Below, piece after piece: positions 44,430 through 53,772 of a stretch of 55,801 nt of DNA (position 1 is its first letter; each line of letters opens with the position of its first letter). Below the pieces are notes generated by a model, which was not told the DNA's origin, did no database searches, and was given only the letters and a program-made list of their open reading frames with translations. Origin of the DNA: a virus (taxonomy: Duplodnaviria; Caudoviricetes); the IMG/VR virus record IMGVR_UViG_3300032170_000078, positions 1 to 55,801 of that record, one strand, 5' to 3'. Both the position numbers and the translations under genes were made by a program.

Positions 44430-45071
44430 GTGCCTAAAGACTTTAGCCTTGACCATTTATTTCAAGACCTAGGACTAACTATCCTTGGATCAATCCCTGC
44501 TCGGTTCCTCTTTAATCTATTCCCCCCGGAAGAGGGAAAGTTGATACTTGAACCCGGTTGTGGATGCGGGAAGTTTGGCTTGGCCTATGCTATGATGGGT
44601 TGTGAGGTGATTCTCCTAGACTTGGATTATGAAGCAGTACAGTATGCTAGAAGAATAAGGGGGGCTTTGAATTCTCTACTGGGTTTTCCAGTACCTGCGC
44701 AGATTAGAGTTGGTAATATTCATAGATTACATTATGCCGACAACACCTTCGACCTTGTCTTCAATGAAGGAGTGTCGCAGCACTGGACCGATGAAGAAAA
44801 ACGTCAAGGGAGTATTGACCAGATGGTTAGAGTTTCCAAAGACATGGTAGTAGTTATGGGGAATAATGGGTTGCGCGAAGAGGAGCAGGAAGCGGATAGG
44901 AACTTCGACTTTAAGTATAAAGGGATGCCTCCACGGAGGAAATGCTTTACTCCGGATGAATTGGAGATGAGGCTTAAGAAAGCAGGGTTAAAGAAAGTAA
45001 ACGTTGAGGGGGTAGATCCTGGACGTATTGAGGGCTCGTATCTCATTGCAGGTTATGGACGCAAACATTAG
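44430..45071 (+). CDS. Class I SAM-dependent methyltransferase
   Basis: ILEPGCGCG, FDLVFNEGVSQH. Confidence 0.85.
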   Translation: MPKDFSLDHLFQDLGLTILGSIPARFLFNLFPPEEGKLILEPGCGCGKFGLAYAMMGCEVILLDLDYEAVQYARRIRGALNSLLGFPVPAQIRVGNIHRLHYADNTFDLVFNEGVSQHWTDEEKRQGSIDQMVRVSKDMVVVMGNNGLREEEQEADRNFDFKYKGMPPRRKCFTPDELEMRLKKAGLKKVNVEGVDPGRIEGSYLIAGYGRKH

Positions 45072-45238
45072 TTTTGCTAAAATGCTATTATTAGACTAGG
45101 GCTATACTAAGCTATATAGCCTGGGGAGTCCCTAGTCAATCCTAGGCTATCGTGAATACCAATTGAATAGCTATATACCTTTGACATTTGTATTAGATTC
45201 AGGTGAGATTTGAGATAGACAGGGGGAAAAGAGGTAAC

Positions 45239-46321
45239 ATGAAAGCAGTCTTTAGTCCAGGTCCGAGTTATGTGGATCCCAATGTGAGACAATACGCAGG
45301 ATGGGTCCACATTCTCGACCTCTATAAGGAAGGCCTTGAGGAACTAGGATACGAAGTACTCATTCCACATGTGGATCCTAAGCTCATTGACCAGTTGTCT
45401 ACAGTATCTAAGATCCTGTCTTATGATATTGTAGCTGCTCAGCAGATACCTGGAGATGCCGAATTATTCCTGGGGCCCGCAGGATATTCAATAGCTCAGA
45501 TGATAGCCGGTAGAGATAATAACTGGGGATGTGGAATGAGGAACTTCTTGTATGTGTGGAACAATGCTGATTGGTGGAGGGACAAACAACTAGCTGAGGA
45601 ATATAAAAGGTTTAATCAACCTTATGACCTTTCTCCCACCTGGAGGTGGATCAACCGAACAGCATTGGAGATGTGTGATCATGTTATTGCTTGTAGTCCC
45701 TGGGTGAAGAGGACTTATGCTAAGGTTGTACCTGAGGATAAGATATCCATATCCTTTTGGGGGGTGGACAGTGAGAAGTTCCATCCACCTGATGTGGAGT
45801 CTGAAGGATTTAGAGTTCTTTTTGTTGGGGGTGACCCCATTAGGAAGGGTTTTCATTATCTATGGGAGGCCCTGAAGAAAATGAAAGGGAATCGTGAACT
45901 GTGGGTAGTTGGAAGTACTCCCTATGGGGACGGGGCAATTCAGTTTACAGATATGGGAGTAATGGTAAAGCAGTTTGGAATGTTACCCCATAATCAGATA
46001 CCTGACATATATCGTCAGTGTCATGTTATTTGTATCCCCACTCTTGAAGACGGGATAGCATTGGCAATCCAAGAAGGTATGAGTTGCGGACTGGTTCCAG
46101 TAACTTCCCCTGAGACGGCCGAGGTATTCGTGGACGGAGATAGTGGTTTTAAGGTGGGTTATTGGGCAGTGGATAGTATTAAAGAGAAACTGGAGTGGTT
46201 GCAGCACAAGAGGCTACGAAGGGCTATGTCAGTAAGGGCTAGAGAACTAGCTGTGTCTCAGACTTGGGAGAAAACAAAGGAAGAGTTTAAGAGTATCATC
46301 AAGAGAGAGATGAAATTATGA
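45239..46321 (+). CDS. GT4 glycosyltransferase
   Basis: GVDSEKF, FVGGDPIRKG, 'PTLEDG....QEGMSCG'. Confidence 0.85.
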   Translation: MKAVFSPGPSYVDPNVRQYAGWVHILDLYKEGLEELGYEVLIPHVDPKLIDQLSTVSKILSYDIVAAQQIPGDAELFLGPAGYSIAQMIAGRDNNWGCGMRNFLYVWNNADWWRDKQLAEEYKRFNQPYDLSPTWRWINRTALEMCDHVIACSPWVKRTYAKVVPEDKISISFWGVDSEKFHPPDVESEGFRVLFVGGDPIRKGFHYLWEALKKMKGNRELWVVGSTPYGDGAIQFTDMGVMVKQFGMLPHNQIPDIYRQCHVICIPTLEDGIALAIQEGMSCGLVPVTSPETAEVFVDGDSGFKVGYWAVDSIKEKLEWLQHKRLRRAMSVRARELAVSQTWEKTKEEFKSIIKREMKL

Positions 46322-47076
46322 GTGAACCAAAAGAGGCTGAAATACTGGAAGAAAGGTTTATGGCCTTTATGGAGAGGTCAGAGGGAGACATGATATCCTT
46401 GGATGAGATCGCCAGGTTCTGTGCCAGTGGGGTCCATCGGTTTCTCAGTGACGCCCTTTGTGACTTCTACCTAGAAAGGCTGGAATATGATCCATTAAGT
46501 CTGAGCCTAGACTCTTGGGCGAGGGTCCAAGACAAACATCATTCTAGTCTCAAAGCCAATGTCAAGGCTGTATCTCTAATCACAGACTATCTTCCAGGAA
46601 CTGGTGGTAAGATAATTGATATAGGGTGTAACGATGGCGGGCTTGTAAAGGAATTAGTTGGTCTTGGACATGACTGCTATGGAGTTGACCTACCAATGGT
46701 AATCGCAAAAGCGCAACTAAAGCGTCCTGATATAGCTGAGAGGTTGTCGGTATGTAATCTAGAATGTGATGAGCTGCCCGGAGGCCCCTATGAGCTGGCA
46801 TTGGCTCTTGCTGTAATTGAGCATTTAAGGAACTATGGACTGTTCCTTGGTAAGGTATCGGCAGTTCTTAAACCTGGGGGAATACTTTACATTAGCACTT
46901 CCAACAGAAAGTACCGTAGGACTGCACCTTATCATACTCATCACTTTACTGAAGATGAGTTCTCCGAGATGGCAGCCCAGGCTGGACTTACCCCCCTGAG
47001 GTATGACCAGATTAACTCGGAAACTAATCTCACTGCTATATTTAAGAAAACGGGAAATGGGGTGTCGAATGAATGA
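46318..47076 (+). CDS. Class I SAM-dependent methyltransferase
   Basis: IDIGCNDG, VIEHL, LKPGG. Confidence 0.85.
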   Translation: MSEPKEAEILEERFMAFMERSEGDMISLDEIARFCASGVHRFLSDALCDFYLERLEYDPLSLSLDSWARVQDKHHSSLKANVKAVSLITDYLPGTGGKIIDIGCNDGGLVKELVGLGHDCYGVDLPMVIAKAQLKRPDIAERLSVCNLECDELPGGPYELALALAVIEHLRNYGLFLGKVSAVLKPGGILYISTSNRKYRRTAPYHTHHFTEDEFSEMAAQAGLTPLRYDQINSETNLTAIFKKTGNGVSNE

Positions 47077-48643
47077 ACTTAAGATTTGCTGGCCCAAGGG
47101 GGAAGTTCTCTTCAAGGGCAAAGGGATTATCCAGGCGTGGGGAGAGGAGATGGAACGCAAGGGGTGGATTATAGAATGGGACCCGAGGAAGTGGGAAGAG
47201 TGTGACCTGGTCTTTTATGGTTCGGACAGCCAGTTGAAGTACTGCCCTGGGGCCTTGGGAAATAAGCCTACAATTCTCTATTTCTGGGGCTGGATGCCAT
47301 CAAGGTTACTGGATAGAAACTTCCAGCAGATAGCTACAGAACAGTTAAAGTTGATAACGCAATGCACTAGGATATTAGTCCCAAGTTTAGGGACTATGGA
47401 CCAGGTGGCTGATTTTGGACTCCCCAGTGAGGTATGTCTCCCAGGAGTGGATTCTAGGCTGTTAGACCAGGGAGGACCAGTTACTGTGGAGCCCTCCAGG
47501 ATTCTCTTCCTTTCGAGGATAGTTCCCCATAAGCAGCCAGAGGCCTTGATTCATGCCCTATCTCTTATTGAACCCTCTCCTAAACTCCTTATGATAGGTC
47601 CAGGTGAAACAGGTCCACTTAAGGAGCTAGCAGAGGGGCTTGGAGTCTCTATTGAATTCTCCGAGGTTGAGGACTCCATGAAAGGTACTGAGCTACGAAA
47701 AGGTACAGTTCTAGTTCACCCAAGTTCCTACGAAGGATTTGGACTTCCACCTCTTGAGGCTCTATACTGCGGAACCCCCGTCATAGCCTTTGATATCCCA
47801 CAGATGAGGTGGCTACTTCAAGAGGATGCCTGCTACTTTTCTACCGTGGAAGGTCTTGCCCAAACCATAGTCCAAGTATTTCAGAATTATGACGAGGCTA
47901 GAGAGACAGCAGCTCATGGAGCTAAGCGGATACGAGATACTCTGACTTTAGAACATGCCTGCGATAGGCTCTGGCTTCATATTCACCAGGCCCATAAAGA
48001 GTTCTGGGGCGGAGTAGTAAGGAAGGACCCCTCTAGGTGGGAAGAGGCCTATGACCAAGAGCACAAGCGGAATTGGGCTTATAGTGTGGATAGGTTCGAT
48101 CCTACCTGGGCAAGACACTGGAGGGCGCAGACCTTTATAGACTTGTTAAGGGAGTGTAAAGCTGAGCATATCCTGGATGTGGGATGTGGAGCTGTTTATC
48201 CAACGATATTTGCCAGAGCAGGGTTCAATGTTACTGCTGTGGACATCTCATCGGAATGTTTGGACCAAGTAATAAGTATAGCCAGGAAGTGGGAGGTGAT
48301 TAACAAGGTATTCACTCTTCAGCAGGATGCAACTGATTTAGAGAGCTGCGCTACTGGGGGATTTGACGCTGTAGTTCAGGCAGAACTTTGGGAACATGTT
48401 CTGGATGTGGAAAAGGTCATATCTGAAGGCCTTAGAGTATTGAAGCCGGGTGGGTACCTGATAACTTCCACTCCAATCGGAACTCACCACTATGACCCCT
48501 TCCATATAAGAATCTTCGACGATGAGAGTATTCAGGTTCTGGTGAATAGGTTTAGTGATAAAGCCAACTGCAAAAGACTTGAGAAGATTGCCGAGCAGGG
48601 AGCAGACCCAAGTTGTTACCTTGTAGTATTGGAGAAGAAATGA
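47069..48643 (+). CDS. GT4 glycosyltransferase-methyltransferase fusion
   Basis: EGFGLPPLEALYCGTPVI followed by LDVGCG...EHV...LKPGG. Confidence 0.85.
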   Translation: MNELKICWPKGEVLFKGKGIIQAWGEEMERKGWIIEWDPRKWEECDLVFYGSDSQLKYCPGALGNKPTILYFWGWMPSRLLDRNFQQIATEQLKLITQCTRILVPSLGTMDQVADFGLPSEVCLPGVDSRLLDQGGPVTVEPSRILFLSRIVPHKQPEALIHALSLIEPSPKLLMIGPGETGPLKELAEGLGVSIEFSEVEDSMKGTELRKGTVLVHPSSYEGFGLPPLEALYCGTPVIAFDIPQMRWLLQEDACYFSTVEGLAQTIVQVFQNYDEARETAAHGAKRIRDTLTLEHACDRLWLHIHQAHKEFWGGVVRKDPSRWEEAYDQEHKRNWAYSVDRFDPTWARHWRAQTFIDLLRECKAEHILDVGCGAVYPTIFARAGFNVTAVDISSECLDQVISIARKWEVINKVFTLQQDATDLESCATGGFDAVVQAELWEHVLDVEKVISEGLRVLKPGGYLITSTPIGTHHYDPFHIRIFDDESIQVLVNRFSDKANCKRLEKIAEQGADPSCYLVVLEKK

Positions 48644-49461
48644 ACATTCTATTGGCTACCCCGCTTTATTCCCAACATTACGACGCTGGTCATTTCTGGC
48701 TTAGAGCCCTAAACCAGCTAGGTCATTCGGTTCAGGTATGGGACTACAGGCTGGACAAAGACCCTCCACCCTTTGCCCACTACCCTGAGGTTACCATAGT
48801 TCTGAAGGGGGAAAATGTGGACCCTAGAAAGTTGCCTCGGCCGGCCATAAATTATTGGCCAGATGCCTTGGAGAGAACTCCAGGTATAGAGGAAACCCTG
48901 AAGCTTTATGACAAAGCCTTCGGCCTGGTAAAACCTCTTTCCGATTGGATGGAGTGGATTCCTACTGGATGGGACCCAGCTATACACAAGGATCTTGGCC
49001 TATTAAAGGCCATGAGAACTATCTATGTGGGCACAGCTAACTCCAAATATAAAACAGATATGATCCATAGAATAAAACCAGACCTAGTTTATGGCAATGG
49101 GTGGAGATCGAGTCCCGAGTTTGGGCCGAGATACCTTCACGACTTGACCTATGTCCTTAATCATGCCGAGGTCCTTATAGATGTCCATCAGTCTCCAGAT
49201 ACTGGACCTAACCGGAAGCTCTTTGAGATGATAGCCTGTGGGTTTACGATTGTAGATAGGGTCCCAGGTGTGGAGGAAATACTTGGATGGGGCTTAACCA
49301 ATCAGGTGGGTTTCAAGACTCCGGAAGAAGCCAGGGAACTAATCAAGTATTATCTTGAGAGACCAAAAGAAAGGGAGAAGATATGGCAGTTGGAACGAGA
49401 GAAGATACAAGAGTACACATACGAGAAAGTAGTGAAGAGGATATTAGGCCACCTAAAGTAG
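48640..49461 (+). CDS. CgeB-like (Glyco_trans_1_2) glycosyltransferase
   Basis: YVGT, 'YGNGW', 'PNRKLFEMIACG'. Confidence 0.8.
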   Translation: MNILLATPLYSQHYDAGHFWLRALNQLGHSVQVWDYRLDKDPPPFAHYPEVTIVLKGENVDPRKLPRPAINYWPDALERTPGIEETLKLYDKAFGLVKPLSDWMEWIPTGWDPAIHKDLGLLKAMRTIYVGTANSKYKTDMIHRIKPDLVYGNGWRSSPEFGPRYLHDLTYVLNHAEVLIDVHQSPDTGPNRKLFEMIACGFTIVDRVPGVEEILGWGLTNQVGFKTPEEARELIKYYLERPKEREKIWQLEREKIQEYTYEKVVKRILGHLK

Positions 49462-50324
49462 TTGGGATATCAGTTCCATATCCCGGGGCGAAAAGACCCT
49501 TAGAGGAAGGAGCCAAGCTCCACATGTGGGAATTTGTGCTATTAACTGGAGGGAGAATATCTATCCCAGATGCCGATATTTATATCCTTGCGGCCTGGCA
49601 TTCCGCCTACGAGCAACTCTTGGGGTTGGGTGGAAAGACAGGGGTTCTGTGGACCTCTTCAGCTGGAGAGATGGACTTTGAGCCCGTGGAACAGGAATAC
49701 CTTAGGAGGATAAGAGAAGATCCAAGGATTTCCTTTATCTGGTTTGGAGATATAGCTCTGGCAAGGGTATACCCTGAGAAGGGGTTTTATGCCCCTTATC
49801 CTTTAGATGTGGACAGAGTAAATCCCCCAAATGTGGAAAAGAAAAACATAGTTACGTTGTTTTGTCCCACTGGACCGAAGAAGAATATCCTTAATCAGCT
49901 ATTGGCGGTAAAGCTTGTGCAGAGCAGCACAAAGCTTACCCTTCATACCAATGTAAGGGGCTATGAAAGTCTTCTTAATGATGTCAGAGGCGTGGACTGT
50001 GTACGTCATGAGTGGCTTCCGGATGTGGAATACCGCTCATTACTGGCTTCAGCGAAGGTTAATCTTGCTTGTAGCTGGGCAGAGACTTTTAACTATAACG
50101 TAGCCGAGGCAGCGTTGCTGGGAACTATCTCAGTGGTCTCTAGAACTATCCCAATAGGTGGATTGTCGGTAAAGAACCCAAATAATCCAGTCCACATAGC
50201 CGAGAAGATCCTAGAGGGATGTGGGGCCCAGTATGTGGATACTTTGAGGATAGTTAAGGAAGAGCTCAGGATCAGGAACCAAGAGTGTAAGAGAATCCTG
50301 GGAGAGAGACTATCGGCCCTCTAG
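49383..50324 (+). CDS. GT-B-like glycosyltransferase
   Basis: 'KKNILNQ', 'SWAETFNYNVAEAALLG'; start uncertain. Confidence 0.65.
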   Translation: MAVGTREDTRVHIRESSEEDIRPPKVVGISVPYPGAKRPLEEGAKLHMWEFVLLTGGRISIPDADIYILAAWHSAYEQLLGLGGKTGVLWTSSAGEMDFEPVEQEYLRRIREDPRISFIWFGDIALARVYPEKGFYAPYPLDVDRVNPPNVEKKNIVTLFCPTGPKKNILNQLLAVKLVQSSTKLTLHTNVRGYESLLNDVRGVDCVRHEWLPDVEYRSLLASAKVNLACSWAETFNYNVAEAALLGTISVVSRTIPIGGLSVKNPNNPVHIAEKILEGCGAQYVDTLRIVKEELRIRNQECKRILGERLSAL

Positions 50325-50332
50325 GACCCACC

Positions 50333-50362
50333 TTGACAAGTTATTCCTTGCGATGTTATAAT
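50333..50362 (+). promoter_or_regulatory. sigma70 promoter
   Basis: TTGACA-N18-TATAAT. Confidence 0.7.
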
Positions 50363-50413
50363 TAGTTATGGACGGGTATGGGAGACTTGCATAGAGAGGA
50401 CATAGGATAAAAA

Positions 50414-50482
50414 ATGACAGGTAGTGGAACGCCAGCAGACCCGTATATCATCTCTACAGTAACTTTGATAAGAGGAACTTAA
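50414..50482 (+). pseudogene. 22-aa remnant carrying the GLUG-protein N-terminal motif
   Basis: MTGSGTPADPYIISTVTLIRGT*; stop overlaps the next ATG. Confidence 0.55.
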
Positions 50483-52380
50483 TGGCTACTAGGTATGAGC
50501 ATTATATTACTGATGCTACTGGAAGCAACGGTCTCGTAACATACTGGCAAGCCCAGACATTCACTCCCCAGACTAACCATACTATTACTCATCTAACACT
50601 TAGAGTTTACAAGTGGGGCAGTCCAGGCGACCTGACTGTGGATATCCGAAACACTCATACAGGCTATGGCACACCGCCGCCATTCTGGCCTGATGACACT
50701 ATCCTTGCATCTGCCACCGTTCCTGCAGCATCTATTCCACAGCAAGCTGGTGCAGCAATCAATAACGCAGGCATTGTTGTTGCCCTAGATGTTCCTTTGG
50801 ATGTTATTGCTTTAACGCACTATGCAATAGTTCTTCATAAGGGTGGCGACTCATCTAACCAATACAGATGGGTATTAGCCTTTCCCAGCTATTATGGTGA
50901 AGAGTCTTATCTTTTGGGGACTTTATGCTCATCTTATGCTGGTGGAGGTTATGAGAATTGGACTGCCACAGGTAATAAAGACTTTATGTTTGAGGAGTGG
51001 AATGGCGAACCAAGCCCTTCCAGTGTAACCACACAAGCCGTTTCTGATATACTACACTTAACTGCCACAGGTAATGGTAACATTACATCACTGGGCGATA
51101 GTGCTTATGTCTATCAGTATGGGCACTGTTGGGGAGAGTCGGAGAACCCCACTGTTGGAAGCACAAATACTGTTTGGAAAGGAGCAGCTCCTGGAGTTGG
51201 TGCTTTTACATCAGACATAACGGGACTAAGCCCTGAAACAACTTATCACTGTAGAGCCTTCACTGTAGGTATGGCAGGCACTGTATATGGTGCTGATGTT
51301 GAGTTTACTACCCCAGCACCATACCATTACATAATCCACAATGTTGATGAGCTCCAGGCTATGGAGAACGACTTGGTAGGTTACTACGAGGTGGCTAACG
51401 ACATTGATGCGTCTGCTACTTCTGGCTGGAATGAAGGTGCTGGCTTTGTTCCAATAGGTCAAGCTGCCAACTTCATAGGACGGCTTGATGGTAAAGGTTA
51501 TACTATAAGTGGTCTATTTATAAACAGGGCTAGTGCTAACCAGGCTCTTTTTGACACAATAGATGTTAGTGCTGTCATACAGAATATTAAAATGACTGGG
51601 GTAGATATTACCATCGCCAACTCTTACTATGCAGCTGCTTTGGTTGCGAGGATGCTTGGTTCATGCACTGTGAAGAATTGTAGCTCGGCTGGTTCAGTAA
51701 CCGCCATAGGGACAGGGGGATATGCTGCTGGATTGATTGCTATGATGTATAGTGGAACTGTTAGCGGATGCTACTCCACTTGCACTGTCACTATATCAGG
51801 AAGCCGAGACTACGCTGGAGGTTTTGTAGCCTATGTAAGTGCTGGCACTATAAATGACTGCTATGCTAGAGGTGCGGTAACAGTTGGTGATGATTACGGA
51901 GGTGGGTTTGTAGGTTACAATGGAGGAGCCACCATAGAGAATTGCTATTCAACGGGTTTGCTTGCTGTGGTAGATAGATACGAAGGTGGTTTTTGTGGCT
52001 ATAATAGGGGAACACATACCAATTGCTTCTGGGATACTGAGACATCAGGGACTTCAACAGACCCAGGTGGTGGTTCGGGAGGGGCAACTGGCAAGACTAC
52101 AGCCGAGATGAAAACAGAATCTACCTTCACCGATGCTGGTTGGGACTTTACTAGCATTTGGTACTTGAACCCTAGTATAAACAATGGCTATCCTGCTCTC
52201 GGAACAGCCGCTACATGTTACTGGTACCGTATGAATATCAGGAACGTGAATTTGCCATATGAGGACTTAGATAAGACCAAGGAACTACATATCCTCCTAA
52301 AGAATTTATCCCCAATAGCTAAGTTAGCAGGAGGGGATGGCGAACTGGTCATAGAGGTTAAATACGAGCCTGCAGCATAA
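50482..52380 (+). CDS. Mosaic spike/receptor-binding protein: beta-sandwich, FN3-like, GLUG repeats, shared C-terminal adaptor half
   Basis: QTFTP; 'ITGLSPETTYHCRAF'; 'GFVPIG..F.G.LDGKGYTISGL'; GGFVG repeats; RMNIRNVNLPYEDLDKTKELH tail. Confidence 0.75.
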   Translation: MATRYEHYITDATGSNGLVTYWQAQTFTPQTNHTITHLTLRVYKWGSPGDLTVDIRNTHTGYGTPPPFWPDDTILASATVPAASIPQQAGAAINNAGIVVALDVPLDVIALTHYAIVLHKGGDSSNQYRWVLAFPSYYGEESYLLGTLCSSYAGGGYENWTATGNKDFMFEEWNGEPSPSSVTTQAVSDILHLTATGNGNITSLGDSAYVYQYGHCWGESENPTVGSTNTVWKGAAPGVGAFTSDITGLSPETTYHCRAFTVGMAGTVYGADVEFTTPAPYHYIIHNVDELQAMENDLVGYYEVANDIDASATSGWNEGAGFVPIGQAANFIGRLDGKGYTISGLFINRASANQALFDTIDVSAVIQNIKMTGVDITIANSYYAAALVARMLGSCTVKNCSSAGSVTAIGTGGYAAGLIAMMYSGTVSGCYSTCTVTISGSRDYAGGFVAYVSAGTINDCYARGAVTVGDDYGGGFVGYNGGATIENCYSTGLLAVVDRYEGGFCGYNRGTHTNCFWDTETSGTSTDPGGGSGGATGKTTAEMKTESTFTDAGWDFTSIWYLNPSINNGYPALGTAATCYWYRMNIRNVNLPYEDLDKTKELHILLKNLSPIAKLAGGDGELVIEVKYEPAA

Positions 52381-53615
52381 GGAGGTACTTATATGGGAAA
52401 AGTAATAATTGCCAGAGGAGTTGGTAGACCCGACTTTCTTCTCTTCCCTGTTACTCGGATACAGGCAGTAAGGTCGGATAAAGACGTCCACTTTACCGGA
52501 GCTTTAGCAAAAGGTGAGTCCAAGCAGGAGAACCTTACGGGACTGGTCTCCAACAAGATAATTATCCAAGGTGTGTCTATTAGTGCAGCCCAATCTCTAC
52601 ATCTCAGATTGGAATTCTACTCCAAGGATACTTTTACTGACTCGGATCTAGATGTGGATACTTTTATCGGTGCTATTGAGTTGGACGTTCCCAGTTTTGG
52701 AGTTATTGCATGAGGAAAAGGGTGTCGTATAACAATAGCCATGGCGCCAACGGCAGGTATTCTCACTATTTGGGCAGTGATTCAGGAGTAATAGATGGCC
52801 AGTGAAGAACAAACTGTACAAGATAGCCGCGAGGATATGCGAAATGGGTTCTACCACAGGTTAGGGCAGAAACTGACCATATCCAGTAGGCTTGTAAGTG
52901 ACCTATCGTTCATGCTGGCCAAGGCAGGCTTTACTGGCAATCCAACCGGTGATATAACCTTCACTATCCGTAAAGTGTCGGATGACTCATTAGTGGCCAG
53001 CAAGGTATGGGGTGATGCAGCTGACCTTGCTGGAACGACCCTTGCCTGGTATACGGCCACTTTTGACTCCCCGGTCTTTGTTAATGAAGAGGTTAGAATA
53101 AGTGCTGAGTTTAGTGGTGGTGATACTCTAAATGTCGTTAGGTGGGGAAGAGCAGTTAGCGATCTTAAGGCTGATGAGCAGTATACAAGATACGGGCCTG
53201 AAACGAGTAATGTCTGGCAGGATAGGACTGGAGACGCTACCTATAAGTATACCTATGAAGCATTAAGCGCTCCTGCTGTGACCACCGACCCAGCCACAGG
53301 GCTGGCAGCAGTATCAGCTACCCCTAATGGCACATTAAGTAGTGATGGAGGAGAGGCTTGCGAGTGTGGTTTTGAGTGGGGGCTGGACACTGGCTATGGC
53401 ACGACCACTCCCCTCCAGAGTAAGACAACCGGTGAGACCTTCTCCCAGATCATAGAGGGACTACAACCAGGTACTACCTACCACTTCAGAGCATTTGCCA
53501 CCAACGCGGCTGGAACAGCCTATGGTGACGACCGGACTTTTGTTACTGGCCACCGGTATCGTCTAAACATTAGAAATATTAACCTGCCATATGAGGACTT
53601 AGATAAGACCAAGGA
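52253..53615 (+). repeat. Direct repeat pair with a 31-bp identical core (52253-52283, 53585-53615)
   Basis: TGCCATATGAGGACTTAGATAAGACCAAGGA at both sites, inside longer similar 3' gene ends. Confidence 0.85.
52393..52713 (+). CDS. N-terminal half of the adaptor domain (paralog of 54363-54848)
   Basis: MGKVIIARGVGRPDF...SDKDVHFTG...FIGAIELDVP. Confidence 0.7.
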   Translation: MGKVIIARGVGRPDFLLFPVTRIQAVRSDKDVHFTGALAKGESKQENLTGLVSNKIIIQGVSISAAQSLHLRLEFYSKDTFTDSDLDVDTFIGAIELDVPSFGVIA

Positions 53616-53712
53616 GCTCCACGTTATCCTAAAGAATTTGTCGCCAACATCAAAGTCTGCAGGGGCAGGTGGAGAAGTAGTTATTGAGGTTGGTTATGAG
53701 CCAGCAGCCTAA
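52795..53712 (+). CDS. Mosaic spike protein: beta-sandwich, FN3-like, shared C-terminal adaptor half
   Basis: 'GLQPGTTYHFRAFATN..GTAYG.D.TF'; RLNIRNINLPYEDLDKTKELH tail. Confidence 0.75.
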   Translation: MASEEQTVQDSREDMRNGFYHRLGQKLTISSRLVSDLSFMLAKAGFTGNPTGDITFTIRKVSDDSLVASKVWGDAADLAGTTLAWYTATFDSPVFVNEEVRISAEFSGGDTLNVVRWGRAVSDLKADEQYTRYGPETSNVWQDRTGDATYKYTYEALSAPAVTTDPATGLAAVSATPNGTLSSDGGEACECGFEWGLDTGYGTTTPLQSKTTGETFSQIIEGLQPGTTYHFRAFATNAAGTAYGDDRTFVTGHRYRLNIRNINLPYEDLDKTKELHVILKNLSPTSKSAGAGGEVVIEVGYEPAA

Positions 53713-53724
53713 ACAGGATATACC

Positions 53725-53753
53725 TTGACAAAGAGATCTTTTTAAGGTATAAT
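53725..53753 (+). promoter_or_regulatory. sigma70 promoter (perfect consensus)
   Basis: TTGACA-N17-TATAAT. Confidence 0.85.
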
Positions 53754-53772
53754 AGTAACAGGAGGTGGATTT

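Noticed and set aside
36775-50324. Ordinary chromosomal LPS/EPS locus
   Set aside because: No wzx/wzy/wzm/wzt or initiating transferase, and the cluster is interspersed with virus-type small ORFs between putative structural genes.
52711-52797. Selenocysteine or simple readthrough joining 52393 and 52795
   Set aside because: The frame is shared, but TAA TAG follow 25 codons after the TGA, so one readthrough cannot fuse them.
52201-53712. Repeat pair as a diversity-generating retroelement TR/VR
   Set aside because: No reverse transcriptase in the window, differences are not adenine-specific, and both copies are coding 3' ends.
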